Source: Selaginella moellendorffii (Eukaryota; Plantae; Lycopodiophyta). From it: 64,000 bases of DNA. The first letter of the stretch is position 1. Every line of letters begins with the position of its first letter. A program made the position numbers and the translations under genes. Under the pieces are notes generated by a model, which was not told the DNA's origin, searched no databases, and saw only the letters and a list, made by a program, of their open reading frames with translations. Shown here piece by piece: positions 12,682 through 25,423 of this stretch. The stretch spans positions 3,340,880-3,404,879 of the forward strand of contig NW_003314261.1 in NCBI RefSeq assembly GCF_000143415.4. The letters run 5' to 3'.

Positions 12682-14787
12682 TTAGAGGTCCAGAACCAAA
12701 CGAGCTGGGTCTTCAACCACGTCCTTGACTTGCCGCAAGAAAAGAACCGCCTCTCTGCCGTCGATCAGCCTGTGATCGTATGTCAAAGCAATGTACATCA
12801 TCGGTCGGATGACTATTTCGTTGCCAATCACCACGGGACGCTTCTGGATGGAATGCATTCCGAGAATAGCAGACTGGAAAAACAAAAACAAAATTCAATG
12901 AAAACAAGGTCTTCTGAGATGTGAAGGTCCAAACCTGAGGAGGATTGACAATGGGTGTGCTGATCAAACTGCCGTATACTCCACCGTTGGAGATGGTAAA
13001 GCTCCCGCCGGCCATATCATCGATAGTAATGGTTCCGTCGTTTGCTTTCTTCGCGAGCTTGGCAATTGTTTTCTCCACATCTGCAAAGTTCATCTTCTCA
13101 CAACCCCTGACCACGGGCACCACCAGGCCCTGCACAACGTGGAAAAACAAAATTGGTGTTTTTGAGTCTCCGAGAACATGACAATACCTTTGGAGTTCCA
13201 ACAGCAATGCTGATGTCGACGTAGTCTCTGTAAATGATGTCATCTCCGTCGATCACAGCGTTTACAACGGGCTGCGCCTGCAAAGCGCTAACAGCAGCCT
13301 AAAATGACGTCTGTCAGCAAAAAGAAACTCTTGAATTAAGCAATCCACGCCGAATACCTTGACAAACACCGACATGAACCCAAGCTTTGCTCCATGTTTT
13401 TCTTGAAACTCGTCCTTGTACTTTGCACGCAAAGCCATTGCATTTGTCCTGTTTTCATAAAGCCTCCTATAAGCGCTCGACTTAAACAAATACTACTCTT
13501 ACATGTCAACTTCGTTGAAAGTCGTGAGCAACGCCAAGGTGTTTTGAGCATCTTTTAGACGAGTGGCAATTCTTTTCCTGATGCGCGTCATGGGAACCTG
13601 TGGAAAAAATACAATAGTTACTGATGTCCCTAGAGACATATGGGAAAACGCTTACTCGTCGCTCCCTTTCTTTGGGAGGTAGTTGTGGTTCTGTTGAAGG
13701 CAGCGGCGGTGAGGACGGTGGCGGCGGCGGCGGCGGCGGTTGCGGAGGAGGTGGAGCTGACTTTGCTGTTGCCTCTTTGGGAGGCGGCGACGGCTTTTCT
13801 TCAAACTTTGGTGGTGGCGGCGGTGGAGCGGAAGATTTACCAGAAGTATCCCCTTTCGCAACAAAGGCAATCTTATCGCCCGGCTTCACTGTCGTGCCGA
13901 CTTTGACAACGATCTGTGGAAGAAGAAAAAAGTATATATATATTTCCACTACCCCAGAAGAAACAAAAGCATAGTACCTCTTTCAAAGTGCCAGCAACAG
14001 GACTGCGAACATCGATAGTCACCTAGAGTCCCCATAAGAGCTGCAACGTTAACTTGAATGCAAACAAAATCCAAACCTTTTCGCTCTCTATCTGTGCAAT
14101 CACATCGTCAACGTTAACAGCATCCCCAACCTCTGTGATATTTGTCAAGGAGGTTAGCTTTCGCCTCACGATAAAAAAAGAGGAAAGGAGTAAAAGCAAG
14201 ACGTGATACTCACGCTTAGAAAAAGAAGCCAAGCTCCCATCTGAGATCGACTCTCCCATTGAAGGGACGATGATATCACCTTCCCCTGTTGTGTGAGAAC
14301 AATCAACATCGGCAGAAAAGAGGGGCTCGGCTTTGAAGCTTACCCCCAGCAGCAAATCCCCGTCTCGGGATTTTCTGGAACTCCGATTCCAGTCGATCCA
14401 ACAACACCACTTTCCTGGTAAAATGCCACACTCACACAAAAGCCGCGAGATTTCCATGACCCATACCTGTTCCATACTTGCGATCGCCGCAAATGCAACG
14501 GAGAATCTGGCAAAAGACACACAGAAGAAGCACGATTTCCAGTCAAACCACAGCGCAATCGCGGTCATCAAAGGCGGCGGCGGCGGCGGCGTACCTACAC
14601 ACTCCGTGTGGAGGTAGCTCCTCAGGTGGAGCAAGCACAGGCGCTGCTGCAAACACAGACAGCTCGAGAGAGAATTCGGGGGATCGATCGAAATGCGACA
14701 AACCTGAGAGGGATCCCTGGAGGCCGCGGAATACCATCGCAGTAGCGGCGAGCGGCTCCGCGCGAGACGAGCTCGACAGCGCTCCAT
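12682..14787 (-). CDS. Mitochondrial 2-oxoglutarate dehydrogenase E2 (dihydrolipoamide succinyltransferase), multi-exon
   Basis: Lipoyl domain [11 protein letters not shown]...[13 protein letters not shown], Pro-rich linker, [40 protein letters not shown], catalytic [12 protein letters not shown]. Arg/Ser-rich presequence [16 protein letters not shown]. Confidence 0.96.
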
Positions 14788-15903
14788 CAATCAAGACCTA
14801 GATCCCAGAGTTAGGGCTTATGCCCGGCGCCCCTAATCCTGTTAGGCCACGTGGAACATAAAGACCAAATGATTAGCTTAAATATATTTGTCTTAACATA
14901 GTTCCTACCGTACTGTACGAACAGCTTAACAGCAAAACCTATGATACGAATTTGAGCTTATTAGTAAATGTATTAGTACATTTGGTTTAACAGTACTGAT
15001 TCAAAAATTTATGGGAGTGTGTTGCTACATTAGAGGAATGACTTGGCTTACATTAGCAAAAAACCAAATAACCATTCTCGTTTGAGACAAAATTATCCAA
15101 GGGGAACACTACAGAAATATGGTAGCCTGTCTCATTTAAGCAAAGTCCCGAAAGTATTCCGTTGGAATCCACTAAATACTGCTGGCATGTTTTCCAAAAA
15201 TCACTCCCAAGAACAAGTTTGCCATTGTCGTTGCCTAGTTTAGAACCTATAGGCAAGTTAGTTTGAAACCACCGTGATGGGGCACAAAATGCCCATAAAA
15301 CACCAACAAAATTGACTGTAGAATTACTACATGATTTAGAAAATCCATTGCAAGCCTATTAAGAATGAAAGGAAAAGAAAGAAAATAAGATAAAAATCTG
15401 GATTATATACCTTGAGTGAAAATAACAAAGCGAAAACCAAAATCACTAACATGTAAACTCTAGCTAATGTTTTAGCATCCATGACCAAATCAATACATTA
15501 CTAAAACAGCAAAGGTTTCTTAAAATAAATACCACTTTCACTGGCAAACAAAGTTAAAGTCGCCTTGTAATAATCTTTCCCACAATTTACTTTAGGTGTC
15601 CTACTACAAAAAGAAACTCCTTTACCTTAAAGTTTATTTGAAAAGAATATGCTACTTTTTAAGGTTTTAGATGATCCTAACCGTACAAAAACTCGACATT
15701 CGTCGATGCTGAGAAGGAGCTGCCTCTATTATGATCTGTTTTACCCTGTTGGAACTAACGCGATGAAACCTGGCCGAGTTACTCTTAGAATATCGAGAAA
15801 AACGCGGCTCCAGCTTTGAACGGCCAGGATGCGATCTAGGGCTACATATATAGTAAGAATCTAGGGCCCTGGCGGCTAGGGTTTTTGTGCGTGTGTGTCG
15901 AAA

Positions 15904-16275
15904 ATGGTAAGTGGAATTCCTCACCGCTTCTGTGCTTGAATCGTGTGCTTCTTCCGCCAGGTTCTCTCCAACGACATCGATCTCTTGCATCCGCCGGCGG
16001 AGCTGGAGAAGCGCAAGCACAAACTCAAGCGCCTCGTCCCCACTCCCAATTCCTTCTTCATGGTAACCTTGTAGCCCTTTCCCCTTTCTCCCATAGCGCT
16101 AATTCTCGTCTCGCCGCAGGACGTGAAATGCCAGGGATGCTTCAACATCACGACTGTCTTCAGTCACTCGCAGACGGTGGTGTTTTGCAGCAATTGCCAA
16201 AACGTTCTATGCCAGCCCACCGGAGGAAAGGCTCGTCTCACAGAAGGCTGCTCCTTCCGGAAGAAGAGCGACTAG
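15904..16275 (+). CDS. RPS27: 40S ribosomal protein S27 (eS27); exons 15904-15906, 15961-16062, 16120-16275
   Basis: M|[34 protein letters not shown]|[51 protein letters not shown]. Confidence 0.97.
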
Positions 16276-16889
16276 AACACCAGCAACGAGGCATCAAAAC
16301 CAAAGTAACGATGCGTAGAGCACTAGCCGTGTGTGTTTGTTCCCTTCACATGTGTAATAGAAAGTAGCCCAATTTTGCTTCAATGGATTGGGATTTTTCT
16401 CGAATTCCTTCTTGAGTTTCTTACAACTGCAAGGATTGTATGAGAAATAGCGAGAAGTTCATTGGTAGCTCTCTTCTTTCCAACTCTTTGAAATGCTAAA
16501 AGCTTTTCTAGGTCCATGGAGAGGTGACAAACCATGAAAGAAAATCTACAAAACCCCGAGTACCGTCGTGGAAGATGACGAGCGGCGACTGGAAAGCAAT
16601 CTTTTTCAGGGCGGCTTTGTTCTCAAAGCGAGAACGTCATAAGTAAGTTCTTTGCTTTTATTTGCATTGGATTTTCAATGAGTTTTCAAAAACCACTGAT
16701 CAAGGTGGAGCAAGAAATAGTTCCTTGGGTACCGACAGTGCTCCTCACGAGAAAAGAGCCAAAACAGCGTCCTACAGTTGTGCTAGAATTTATACTGAGC
16801 TCGTCACTCACTCTGTTGGCGGAATCCTGTAGGGCGAAAAGCATTTAAAAATGCAGTCTTCAAATCGTCCCAATCAGTGAAAGCTGCTC

Positions 16890-17730
16890 TTGCTGCTGCT
16901 GCTCACTCTGCAGCAACATCCTTCAGCGTTGCTGGAAAAAGTCTCAGCCGCAAAGTTTGCTCACTATTGGCTGTGCTCACGTTCTCAAACGTGGTGACAT
17001 GCTTGTCCAGATCACCAAATGTCACATATGTGGGATACTTCATCGGGCTAGTAACTGCTGATGGTGGTATTGCTGCCATCACGATAACTGATTGCTGCTG
17101 GTGGTGTAGTGGCGAACTTTAATAAGGTCCCCACTCTTCCTCCTCAGTCTACTGCGACTTTTGTGGTGTTTTGTCTGAAGAAGAAGCTGGATTGTTTTGC
17201 TGGCTCTTCTTAAATCTTGCTTCTCTGTCTTTTTTCTGTTTTTCTGATTTCTCCCTTCTAAGAATATCCTCTACGGCTTTTTCTATTTGTTCTTGTTGTT
17301 GTCTCTGGCCACACATGCACAACTTACCACTCTGTGGCTGGAGTTTAGCCTTCCATGCTCAACTTCAATGCTCACGAACGTAGCTCCTGGCTAATGCACC
17401 AAACATGACAACTAAAAGTCCAATTAGAACCTTGAACTCATATTCCAAGAGCTACGTAAAAACAAAAGCTTTTATTCTTTTAACAATTCAACTAAGACTT
17501 CAGCTAGCAGCCTAATTCACTCTTGCCCACAGTGTGGGCACACTGTACTCATTCACTACTCATTAGATAACCTTGCTTATTTCGCATGTTGTTGCACTTA
17601 AATATGCTCCATCACCACATCAGCTCTATGCTGTGCTTCATTGTTCTGCCTCTTTGACTCATGCCAAGCTCCACTTGTCATTCTCCTTCCTTCCTTAACT
17701 TCTCTTAGCTTCCTTTTTTTGTCACAAACT
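16890..17730 (-). mobile_element. Truncated LTR retrotransposon 5' end: LTR remnant, primer-binding site and decayed gag
   Basis: Minus strand reads ...TGTCA (LTR end near 17406), then PBS-like TGGTGCATTAGCCAGGAG (17401-17384, resembling the tRNA-Gly 3' end complement), then gag-like KYPTYVTFGDLDKHVTTFENVSTAN...RLRLFPATLKDVAAE with stops. The LTR outer boundary is uncertain. Confidence 0.65.
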
Positions 17731-18139
17731 CTTAGAATATCCTTGTTTTGAATATTCTCTAGAATCTTGTCACTTATTCACTCCATGACTCACCAACTTT
17801 TCAAATATTAAAAAAACAAAAGAAAATGCCATACTTTGCCAATATTTTATCACTGACAAAAATATAAAAAAGTATGAGACAAGGGGGAAAAGCTTCAAGG
17901 TCATATATAGTATAATTGCGTTGCAATCAATTTATATTAAGGATATGGTCTAAAACACATTATCCATATTGATTAAAATTCAAACTCAAGTTCTCTTATA
18001 AGCACACCTAGGTTTGCCTCATCCCATTTAAATACAAGTGTACAACTGTTGCCATAAAAAATAAAAATTAACCCTACTACTTAATGTAATTGTAGATAGT
18101 AACATGTCCATATGGCATCGATGGCACACAGGAGAGAGA

Positions 18140-20088
18140 GGGCTTTGTCCCACGAGCAAAATATTGGAGGATCATTTGAAACACTTGGAGCTGGTGTTTC
18201 AGAAGTTGCATGAATATAAACTGTATACTAAGGAAAGTAAATGTGCTTTTAAACAATTGTGCGTGAACGTTTTTGGACATATAGTTGGTGGTGGCGTAAT
18301 TGAGGTGGATCCAAAGAAAGTGGAAGCAATAAAGTCTTAAGAAATTCTAACCACTATATCAAATGTTCGTTCCTTTCTTGGTTTAGTGGGATACTATTGC
18401 AAGTTTGTCCGCAATTTTGCAAAAATTGCTCTTTCATTTATTGAGTTAACAAATAATAGTATACCGTTTTATTGGACACCAGCTTGTTAGTGTGCTTTTA
18501 TACCGTTGAAAGAGATCTTGACTACAGAATTCTTAAGATTCTGGATCTTGATAAACCCTTCAAAGTGCATTGTGATGCTGTGTTGCAGCAAGATTGTGAT
18601 AAAGCAGTTGGTGTTACACTAAGGCAACATAGTTGTCCTGTTGCGTTTTATTCCAAAAAATTGGATGAAACCCAACGAAGATGGCCAATGCATGAGAAAG
18701 AGATGTTTATTGTAGTGTCAGCACTGGAACACTAGAGACACTACTTGGGTGGATACACCAATGTTTATACAGATAATAACACACTAAACTACTTTGCTAT
18801 GCAGCCTAAGCTTATGCCAAAGCAGGCTCATTGGCAAGAGAAGCTTGCTAGATATGATATTGAAATCATCTATAAATCTGGTAAAGACAATATTGTTCCA
18901 GATGCATTGAGTTGTCAAGCTCAGTTCTGGGCAATATCAGCAATCAGTTTGGATTGGTTGGAAGACATTCGGGCTTCGTATGGAAGTGATCCATTGGCGA
19001 AAGCAGTCTTGCACTATGTGGAGTTGTCGAAACAAAACCCTAGTAGCGAAGTAGCAAAAGTTGCTAGTTGTGCCAACGCAAAACTTCACTTCTCAGTTTA
19101 GGATGGGCTTATATTCTATAAACAAGAAAGATTGTATCTTCCCTCTAAAGATCTACAACAGTTGTTTCTATGGGAACATCACAATGTTCCGGCAACAGGA
19201 CATGGTGGAAAATGCAAGACCCTTGCTTCATTGAAAAGGGATTTTTCTGCTCTGGTATGGAAGGTGATGTAGTGGACTATGTCCATTCCTACCTTATATG
19301 CTAGCAATGTAAGTGTAGAACTAAGAAGCAGGTTGGAAAGCCACAGTGCATTCTTACACTAACATGGCCATTTCAAAGTGTGACACTTGATTTCGTCACT
19401 TGCTTGCCGAAGTCTAAAGGTTATGATACTTTGATGGTGGTTGTGGATTGGTTGTCAAAGATTGCACACTTCATTCCAACTATGGAAATAGTGAATGTGA
19501 AGCAAGTAGCAAAGCTTTTTTTCCATGAAGTAGTGCAGGTTCGTGGTCTTCCTAAAGAGATGATCTTGGATAGAGATTCGAGATTTACAGGGAAATTTTG
19601 TGGCACACTGTTTCAGTTGTTTGGTACCAGGTTGAAGTTTAGTATGACTTATCATCCTCAAACTGATGGGCAAACTGAATGTGTGAATGCTCAAGTTAAG
19701 GATTATCTACGGTACTATGTCTCAGCAGACCAATGCAACTGGGTTGAGAATTTGGATACAACAAAAATCTATTATAACAACACATTTCACAGCACTATTG
19801 ACTGTTCTCCATAAAAGATACTACAAAGAAATGCTCGTGAAGTGCCTCAACAAATTGTTGTGCCAAAACCAATGTCTAAAGTGTTGAGCCCAGCCATTGA
19901 GACTTATGCGAAGCAACTATGCCAAAGTTGGTCTAGAGCTACTGAGGCGATGGGCAAAGCTTAGGATAGGTATCGACATGATAAGGATTAGCATCGTCGG
20001 GATATATCCTATCAAGTGAGAGATCAAGTGTGGCTATCTTCCCAAAACTTGAACATTAAGTGATCTTTGTCTCGGAAGCTATTACCAT
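18140..20088 (+). mobile_element. Decayed Ty3/gypsy (Tf2/chromovirus-like) pol: RT C-terminus, RNase H, integrase
   Basis: HLKHLELVFQKL..KESKCAF, VRSFLGLVGYY, PFKVHCDA..PVAFYSKKL..HEKEMF, IIYKSGKDNIVPDALS, LDFVTCLPKSKGYD, DRDSRFT, YHPQTDGQTE. Many stops and frameshifts. Confidence 0.93.
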
Positions 20089-20533
20089 TGTGTTTAGGCC
20101 AATCTCAACATTCTGTAGATATGCTAAATGAGTAAATCTAGACACTTTCCATAAATAGTATTTAGGACTGGAATAAGACTAACACAAAGGGCATGATAAT
20201 GAGGGTGTTTGGCAGACATGGTAAGCTATCATCTAGCAATATTGAGGGACCAATCTTAATATCGCAGGGGTTCTTGATATTAGCAAGTGCAAGCCAATGA
20301 CAGAGTTTTTTCAAACCAGGCCGAGTATGCTCAGCAAGAAACACATAGGAGTTCTTACCTAATGTTTATCCGATTTAAGTGCATGGTCAGTGACCAATTT
20401 CTCAACTAGCTCAAGTAGGAATTGATAACGAATCTAGCAATACCGACTTCCTGCCGTCATGGCAATAAAGAAAGAGTGTCCGTAAGGACTAGCCAACAGG
20501 TAACTTTCGATACCCGAAGTCACATTCGCGATA
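20089..20533. mobile_element. Partial LTR copy, homologous to 21336-21783
   Basis: About 445 bp diverged direct repeat of the right-hand part of the 20635-21783 solo LTR; for example GAGGGTGTTTGGCAGACATGGTAAGCTA is shared. Confidence 0.75.
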
Positions 20534-20634
20534 AATATTATCATGCTCTTTGGCTGCCCACTTGAGCTTGTGAGTAATCTATGTACACATTTTATTATTG
20601 CAGTCATTGCAACTCTCACAGCCAAGTAAGGCAT

Positions 20635-21783
20635 TGTAGCGCACGTGATTTTTACCCTTTATCCTATGGTGATTTACCATAGGATAACACCACGAAGCAG
20701 AACCTAAACCCTTTTTGTGGCACGTGACAAGTGCAATGTGTCACATGCCACGTGTCCAAAGGACAGTGGTGTGGAACCCGAGGTTCAGGGCCTTGGGCCA
20801 CTGAACGAAAGAACAGTGCCAAAATCCAAGCATGGAGCCAAGGAGTGATGGAACTGAACCACGGAGCAACTCCCAAGCATATAGCCCAAGGAGCGAAGGG
20901 ACAAGAGCCTAGAGCGACTTGGAACAGTCTTGGAGCAACCAACATCCTATTGCTAGGACCAGCACGCAAAACGGAGCTAAACGGAGTCTGGCGCTATTTC
21001 GGCATACCGATGGCCTAACGTGAGGACATAGTACTCCACCAGCTAGCATGGAATGGAACTTAGGCTTAGACCCAAGCCGGATGCAAAACAAGGACAAGCA
21101 CACAAGTGGGAGCTAGACTATGCCTCAGGTTGGTCGGCCATGCCCGACCTACCCACTATCCCTACTATACATTTGGAACCCCCCACAGCCCCCCCCCCCC
21201 CCTTGAGGAACACACGCTTTGGGCTTTCACCCCAAGCCTCCCTTAGTATCAGGAGTTAGTTTCTGGGACAAGCTCGAAACTTACTAAATATGGAATGTCC
21301 TTAGATTGCGAATTTGAACATGGGACGAACACCATTGTGTTCAGGCCGATCTCTACATTCTATAGATATGCCAAATGAGCAAATCTGAACACTTTCCATA
21401 AATAGCATTTGGGACCAAAATGAGACTAACACAAATGGCATGATAGTGAGGGTGTTTGGCAGACATGGTAAGCTATTATCTAGCGATATTGAGGGATCAA
21501 GCTCAATATTGCGGGGGTTCCCAACACTAGCAAGTGCAAGTCAACATCATGAGTTTCTCATCACCATGTCAAGTCTGCTTGACAAATGACAACTTAGGAT
21601 TTCCTTCCTTAGTGCCCTTCTGGTCTAAGTGCACATGTGATGACCAGTTTCTCAACTAGCTCAGGTGGAGATTGATAACGAGCCCAGCAATACCAACCTC
21701 TTGCCATCATGGTAGTAAGGTAAGAGTGTCCGTAAGGATTGGTCGACAATTAACTTTTGATACCCAAAGTCACATTCACGACA
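20635..21783. mobile_element. Solo LTR, 1149 bp, TG...CA ends, 5-bp TSD GGCAT
   Basis: GGCAT at 20630-20634 and 21784-21788 flanks TGTAGC...CGACA. The host integrase frame rejoins across the insertion. Confidence 0.8.
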
Positions 21784-22112
21784 GGCATTTCCCATTGAGA
21801 CACAACGCTATATCATCCAAGAGCAAATGACCAAGTTGAGAGAACCAATAAGACACTATGCGACACTATGACCAAGCTTTGCAATACAAGTGCCAGCGAT
21901 TGGGATACCAAAATTCTTGATGCACTATGGGCTTACAAGGTTGCCTACAAGGCAACTATACGGTTCTCACCATTCCAATTGGTTCATGGCTAGGAGGTGA
22001 TTTTTTCGAGTTGGAAATTCCTTCTTTGCGGATAGTGGTAGCTCACAATTATGACTGGGATGGAGCTATTCAGCAGTGGTTGGAGCAATTGGAGAAGCTG
22101 GATGAGACTTGC

Positions 22113-23662
22113 TGTGAGACACAAAATCCCTAGGCCCCAAAGTGGAGTCGGAAAGGGTGCCACGTGGTAGTGGCTGAAGCGAGAGCCAAACAAGCGTAAC
22201 ACGTTTGGACCAAAAGCTCCGACTTGAAAAGTCAAGAGCGGGAGTGGAACTCCCAAAGAAGTGCTCAAGGAACGAGCACGAAGCGAGCAAAAGGACCAAC
22301 ACATGACACGTGGGAGTCCGAGATGGAGTCCGAAGTGGAGTCCGAGATGGACTCGAGTTGGAGTCCGAAGTGGAGTCCGAGATGGACCCGAGATGGAGTC
22401 CGAGATGGAGTCCGAGGTGGACCCGAGATGGACCCAAAATGGAGTCCGAGATGGAGTCCGAGATGGACCCGAGATGGAGTCCGAGATGGAGTCCGAGATG
22501 GAGTCCGAGATGGAGTCTGAAGTCGAGACCGAGACCGGGACTGAGACTGAGACCGAGACCGAGACCGAGATCGGGACCGAGACCGAGACCGAGGCCGAGA
22601 CCGAGCCCGAGCCCGAGTCCGAGTCCGAATCCGAGTCCGAGTCCGAGTCCGAGTCCGGAGCCTGAGAGGGTGAAAGCCCAAAGCGTTCGTCTCCCAGACC
22701 CTGGGGGGTTTGGTGAGCTCCAAAAGTATAGTAAGGGGGAGGACTGCAGTGGAGCCAGTTTGGCCAGGAAAGGCCAGTTTGGCCCAGGAAGGCCAGACCC
22801 AGTGTTGGGTGATGAACTGACCACTGGGAAGTCCAAGACTAGAGTGAATACGGACCGACAAGTGGGGTAGCTTGGTGAAGTGTTCAAGAGCCGGCTCTAG
22901 TTCCCCCGGGAGATCGACTGGCCGATGCTCCCAGTCCAAGTGTGGGTGGCACTACCTACTTGGATACCAGGCGTGGCTCAACGGAACCTCACTCTAAGCC
23001 CATGGCTAGAGCACCTAAAGGCGAAAGGCGGGGAGAGTACCCAGGTGGCTCGCGTAAGGCCACGGTGTTCCGAAATGTTGTCCCAAAGGCCTAGACTGTG
23101 GAAAGGAAGAGGAGCAGTCCTCTGGGGTAGTGACCAAGGACACAGTCGTGTGGTGAGGAAGTCCCAGAGGACCATGGGACTTAGTGGTCGGGCCTGTGGG
23201 CCTCGATCCAGTGGCAGTGTTGGCAAACACGGCCAGGGGCAGAAAGGGACTTGGTAGGAACTGACAAAGGGACTTTGGGGAAGGCGATTCCCCCGGTCTG
23301 TGGGCATCCTAAGGATGCTAAGGAGTGGATCCAGGATGACCACTCGTGGACAGATGGCCCAGTCTTGGAGAGCCAAGACTGTGATGCAAGTGGTATTGGA
23401 CTACCAGTGTGGCAAAGGTGATTGGGCATGGCCTTAGTGTAACGGGCGGCTATGTCGGTGGTACCTTTGAGTGTCGGTCATGGGATCGGACACGTGGAGC
23501 ACTTGGACCAAGTGCAAATGTTGAGTGGCATGGATGCCATTCTCGGGGCTAGCAAGTCCCAAGTCCTAGATTGGACTTATGGAGGTTGTGAATGAGACTC
23601 CTCCAAGTGGTCAGAGGTGTGGTTAAGTGACTAAAGTAGAATGGAAAAATTAGTCGCTAACA
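22113..23662. mobile_element. Solo LTR, 1550 bp, TG...CA ends, 5-bp TSD CTTGC, with an internal tandem array
   Basis: CTTGC at 22108-22112 and 23663-23667 flanks TGTGAG...CTAACA. The host integrase frame rejoins across the insertion. Confidence 0.85.
22311..22660. repeat. Tandem array: 12-bp GGAGTCCGAGAT units grading into 6-bp GAGACC/GAGCCC/GAGTCC units
   Basis: Directly visible. It generates the ESEM, WSPR, GL and RS repeat ORFs in several frames. Confidence 0.95.
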
Positions 23663-23952
23663 CTTGCCTCCTTGCTTTCCAAGCTTGTGAAGCTCTTCAA
23701 CATCAACGCAAAAAGTGGTATGATCATCATTTATGGGCTAAGAGTTTTCAGGTAAGAGATCTTGTGTTGCTATATGAGGGCAAGTATTGGAAGTGTCTAG
23801 GCAAACTTAAGATCCTCTAGATTGGGCTTTATCATGTGAAGGCTGTGAATATCAATGGCTCAGTCAAGCTAGAGGATTTTGTTGGTAATCCTTTGCTCAC
23901 ACCTGTGAACAAAGCTCAACTACAGCACTACCAAGTTCCATCTGGAGAGGAG

Positions 23953-25045
23953 TGCAATGGGGACGGAGCATAATTATCACTAGGGTGATATTGAGGGCTA
24001 GAGCCAGCTCAAGAATAAGACTTGGTCGAAGTCAAGAGTTTTTTCCTTCTTTTTTTGGTTATAGTGGGGGAATAAGGGAATATTCAGCTAGAAATAGAGT
24101 GAATCCCTTGGTGCCAGAGGTTGATGACAAGGGGATGGCCAATTTCTAGAGATAGCATGCATGTAGAAGGAAGGGAGTGAAATAAAAGAAAAGGTTCTTG
24201 GAAGGATGTTTCGTCCAATAGCCTTGGAATGTGTGGAGTGGAGGTTGGCAATGCAACAGTGACTACAATTGTTTGGGGAGCACATTATAGTGAGAATCAC
24301 TCAAGATCAACCAATCTATGTGAGTTGTCCGACTTGTGAGCAGTGTAAGTAACAAAAGCGAACGACTTAAAAGACGATCCATAAAGGTTCAAATATAGAA
24401 GGAAAGGGCCTATGAACAAGAGTGCACCTCATTTTCCAATTGGTTAAGGGTCTTGGGATACTTGGGATTAAGTGTCCTTAGGTTTGAATAATACTGGGTT
24501 TAGTGACCTCTCAAGAAGTCCAAATCCAAGAGCTTATATTTGGTATTAAAAGGGTCTCGAGTTCAACTCTATTGATTAGCTTAAAAGAATCACCTCACAT
24601 GTTGATTGACATCTAGTAGGTCTAATTTGCTCCTAGCTAAGCTCGACCCAAGAGGTAGGGCCTCAAGAGAGTGAGGCTCTCAGGGAAGTTATGGCTCTTA
24701 TTTTTCGTTCACGAGGGCGTGAACTTGCAAGGAAGCATAGTGGATTATAAGCAACTAAAGGGAACGACTCGAGAGACGATCCATAAGGGTTCAAATATAG
24801 AGGGAAAGAAAAATGCACCCCTTTTCCAATTAGTTAAATGTTTTAAAATACGTAAGGTTAAATTTCCTTGGGTTTGAATAGTACTGTGTTGGGTGAACTT
24901 GAGAAGTTCAAATCTACAAGCAACCCTAGGTTATGATGTTGGTAAAAGTTCTAGCAAAGGTTACATTAGGATGTTGGTAGAAGTTCTAGCAAAGGTTACA
25001 AATAGCCCTAGGTTAGGATGTTGTCAGAGGTTCTAGCAAAGGTCA
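23953..25045 (+). mobile_element. Probable 3' LTR of the host gypsy element, with internal duplications; right end uncertain
   Basis: TG directly follows the PPT. An approximately 170-bp diverged duplication lies at about 24355-24530 vs 24760-24920. Three copies of a TAGGATGTTGGTAGAAGTTCTAGCAAAGGTTACA-like unit lie at about 24927-25045. Confidence 0.55.
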
Positions 25046-25423
25046 CTAACGAGGCCAAGGATGAAGCTAGGCAATAGTGATTCTCCACGTCGCTGATGTG
25101 TTGTTGCAAAAAGAAACATTTAACAAGCAGATTTTTTAAAAATTATGTACATGTAGTGATTAAAACAATTACAAAAAGATCAAGAACAACTAACACCACT
25201 TATATATCCATTAATGCCTCCTTCTAATGTTTTTTTAGATCTTAATTTGTAAACCAAAAAACCTTAATTGCCTTCCTTCATAGAGGAGGTCTAGTGTACA
25301 ACACAAACTATTGTTATTATCAAAAGTTACGAAACAAATATTTTAATTTAAATAAGCAAACAATGCTTTTTACCATAATATAATTTGTGTTGGTCAAGAA
25401 GAAAATAAGTAGCTAGGGCATCC

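Larger units (their letters stand above)
20534..23952 (+). mobile_element. Second gypsy element: integrase core and C-terminus split by two solo-LTR insertions, ending in a polypurine tract
   Basis: Removing 20635-21783 and 22113-23662 (with one TSD copy each) restores NIIMLFGCPLELVSN...YHPRANDQVERTNKTL...WDTKILDALWAYKVAYK...LEKLDETCLLAFQACEALQHQRKKWYD...DLVLLY. PPT GGAGAGGAG at 23944-23952. Confidence 0.85.

Noticed and set aside
20635-21202. Separate minus-strand LTR with a poly-G PPT
   Set aside because: The GGCAT TSD and the rejoined integrase frame show that 20635-21783 inserted as one unit.
22311-22660. CRISPR-like array
   Set aside because: Units are contiguous with no unique spacers, there are no cas genes, and the context is eukaryotic.
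22066-22939. Repeat ORFs of 98-273 aa (GLGL, ESEM, WSPR, RSRS)
   Set aside because: By-products of the 6/12-bp tandem array inside a TSD-flanked solo LTR; open in many frames on both strands.
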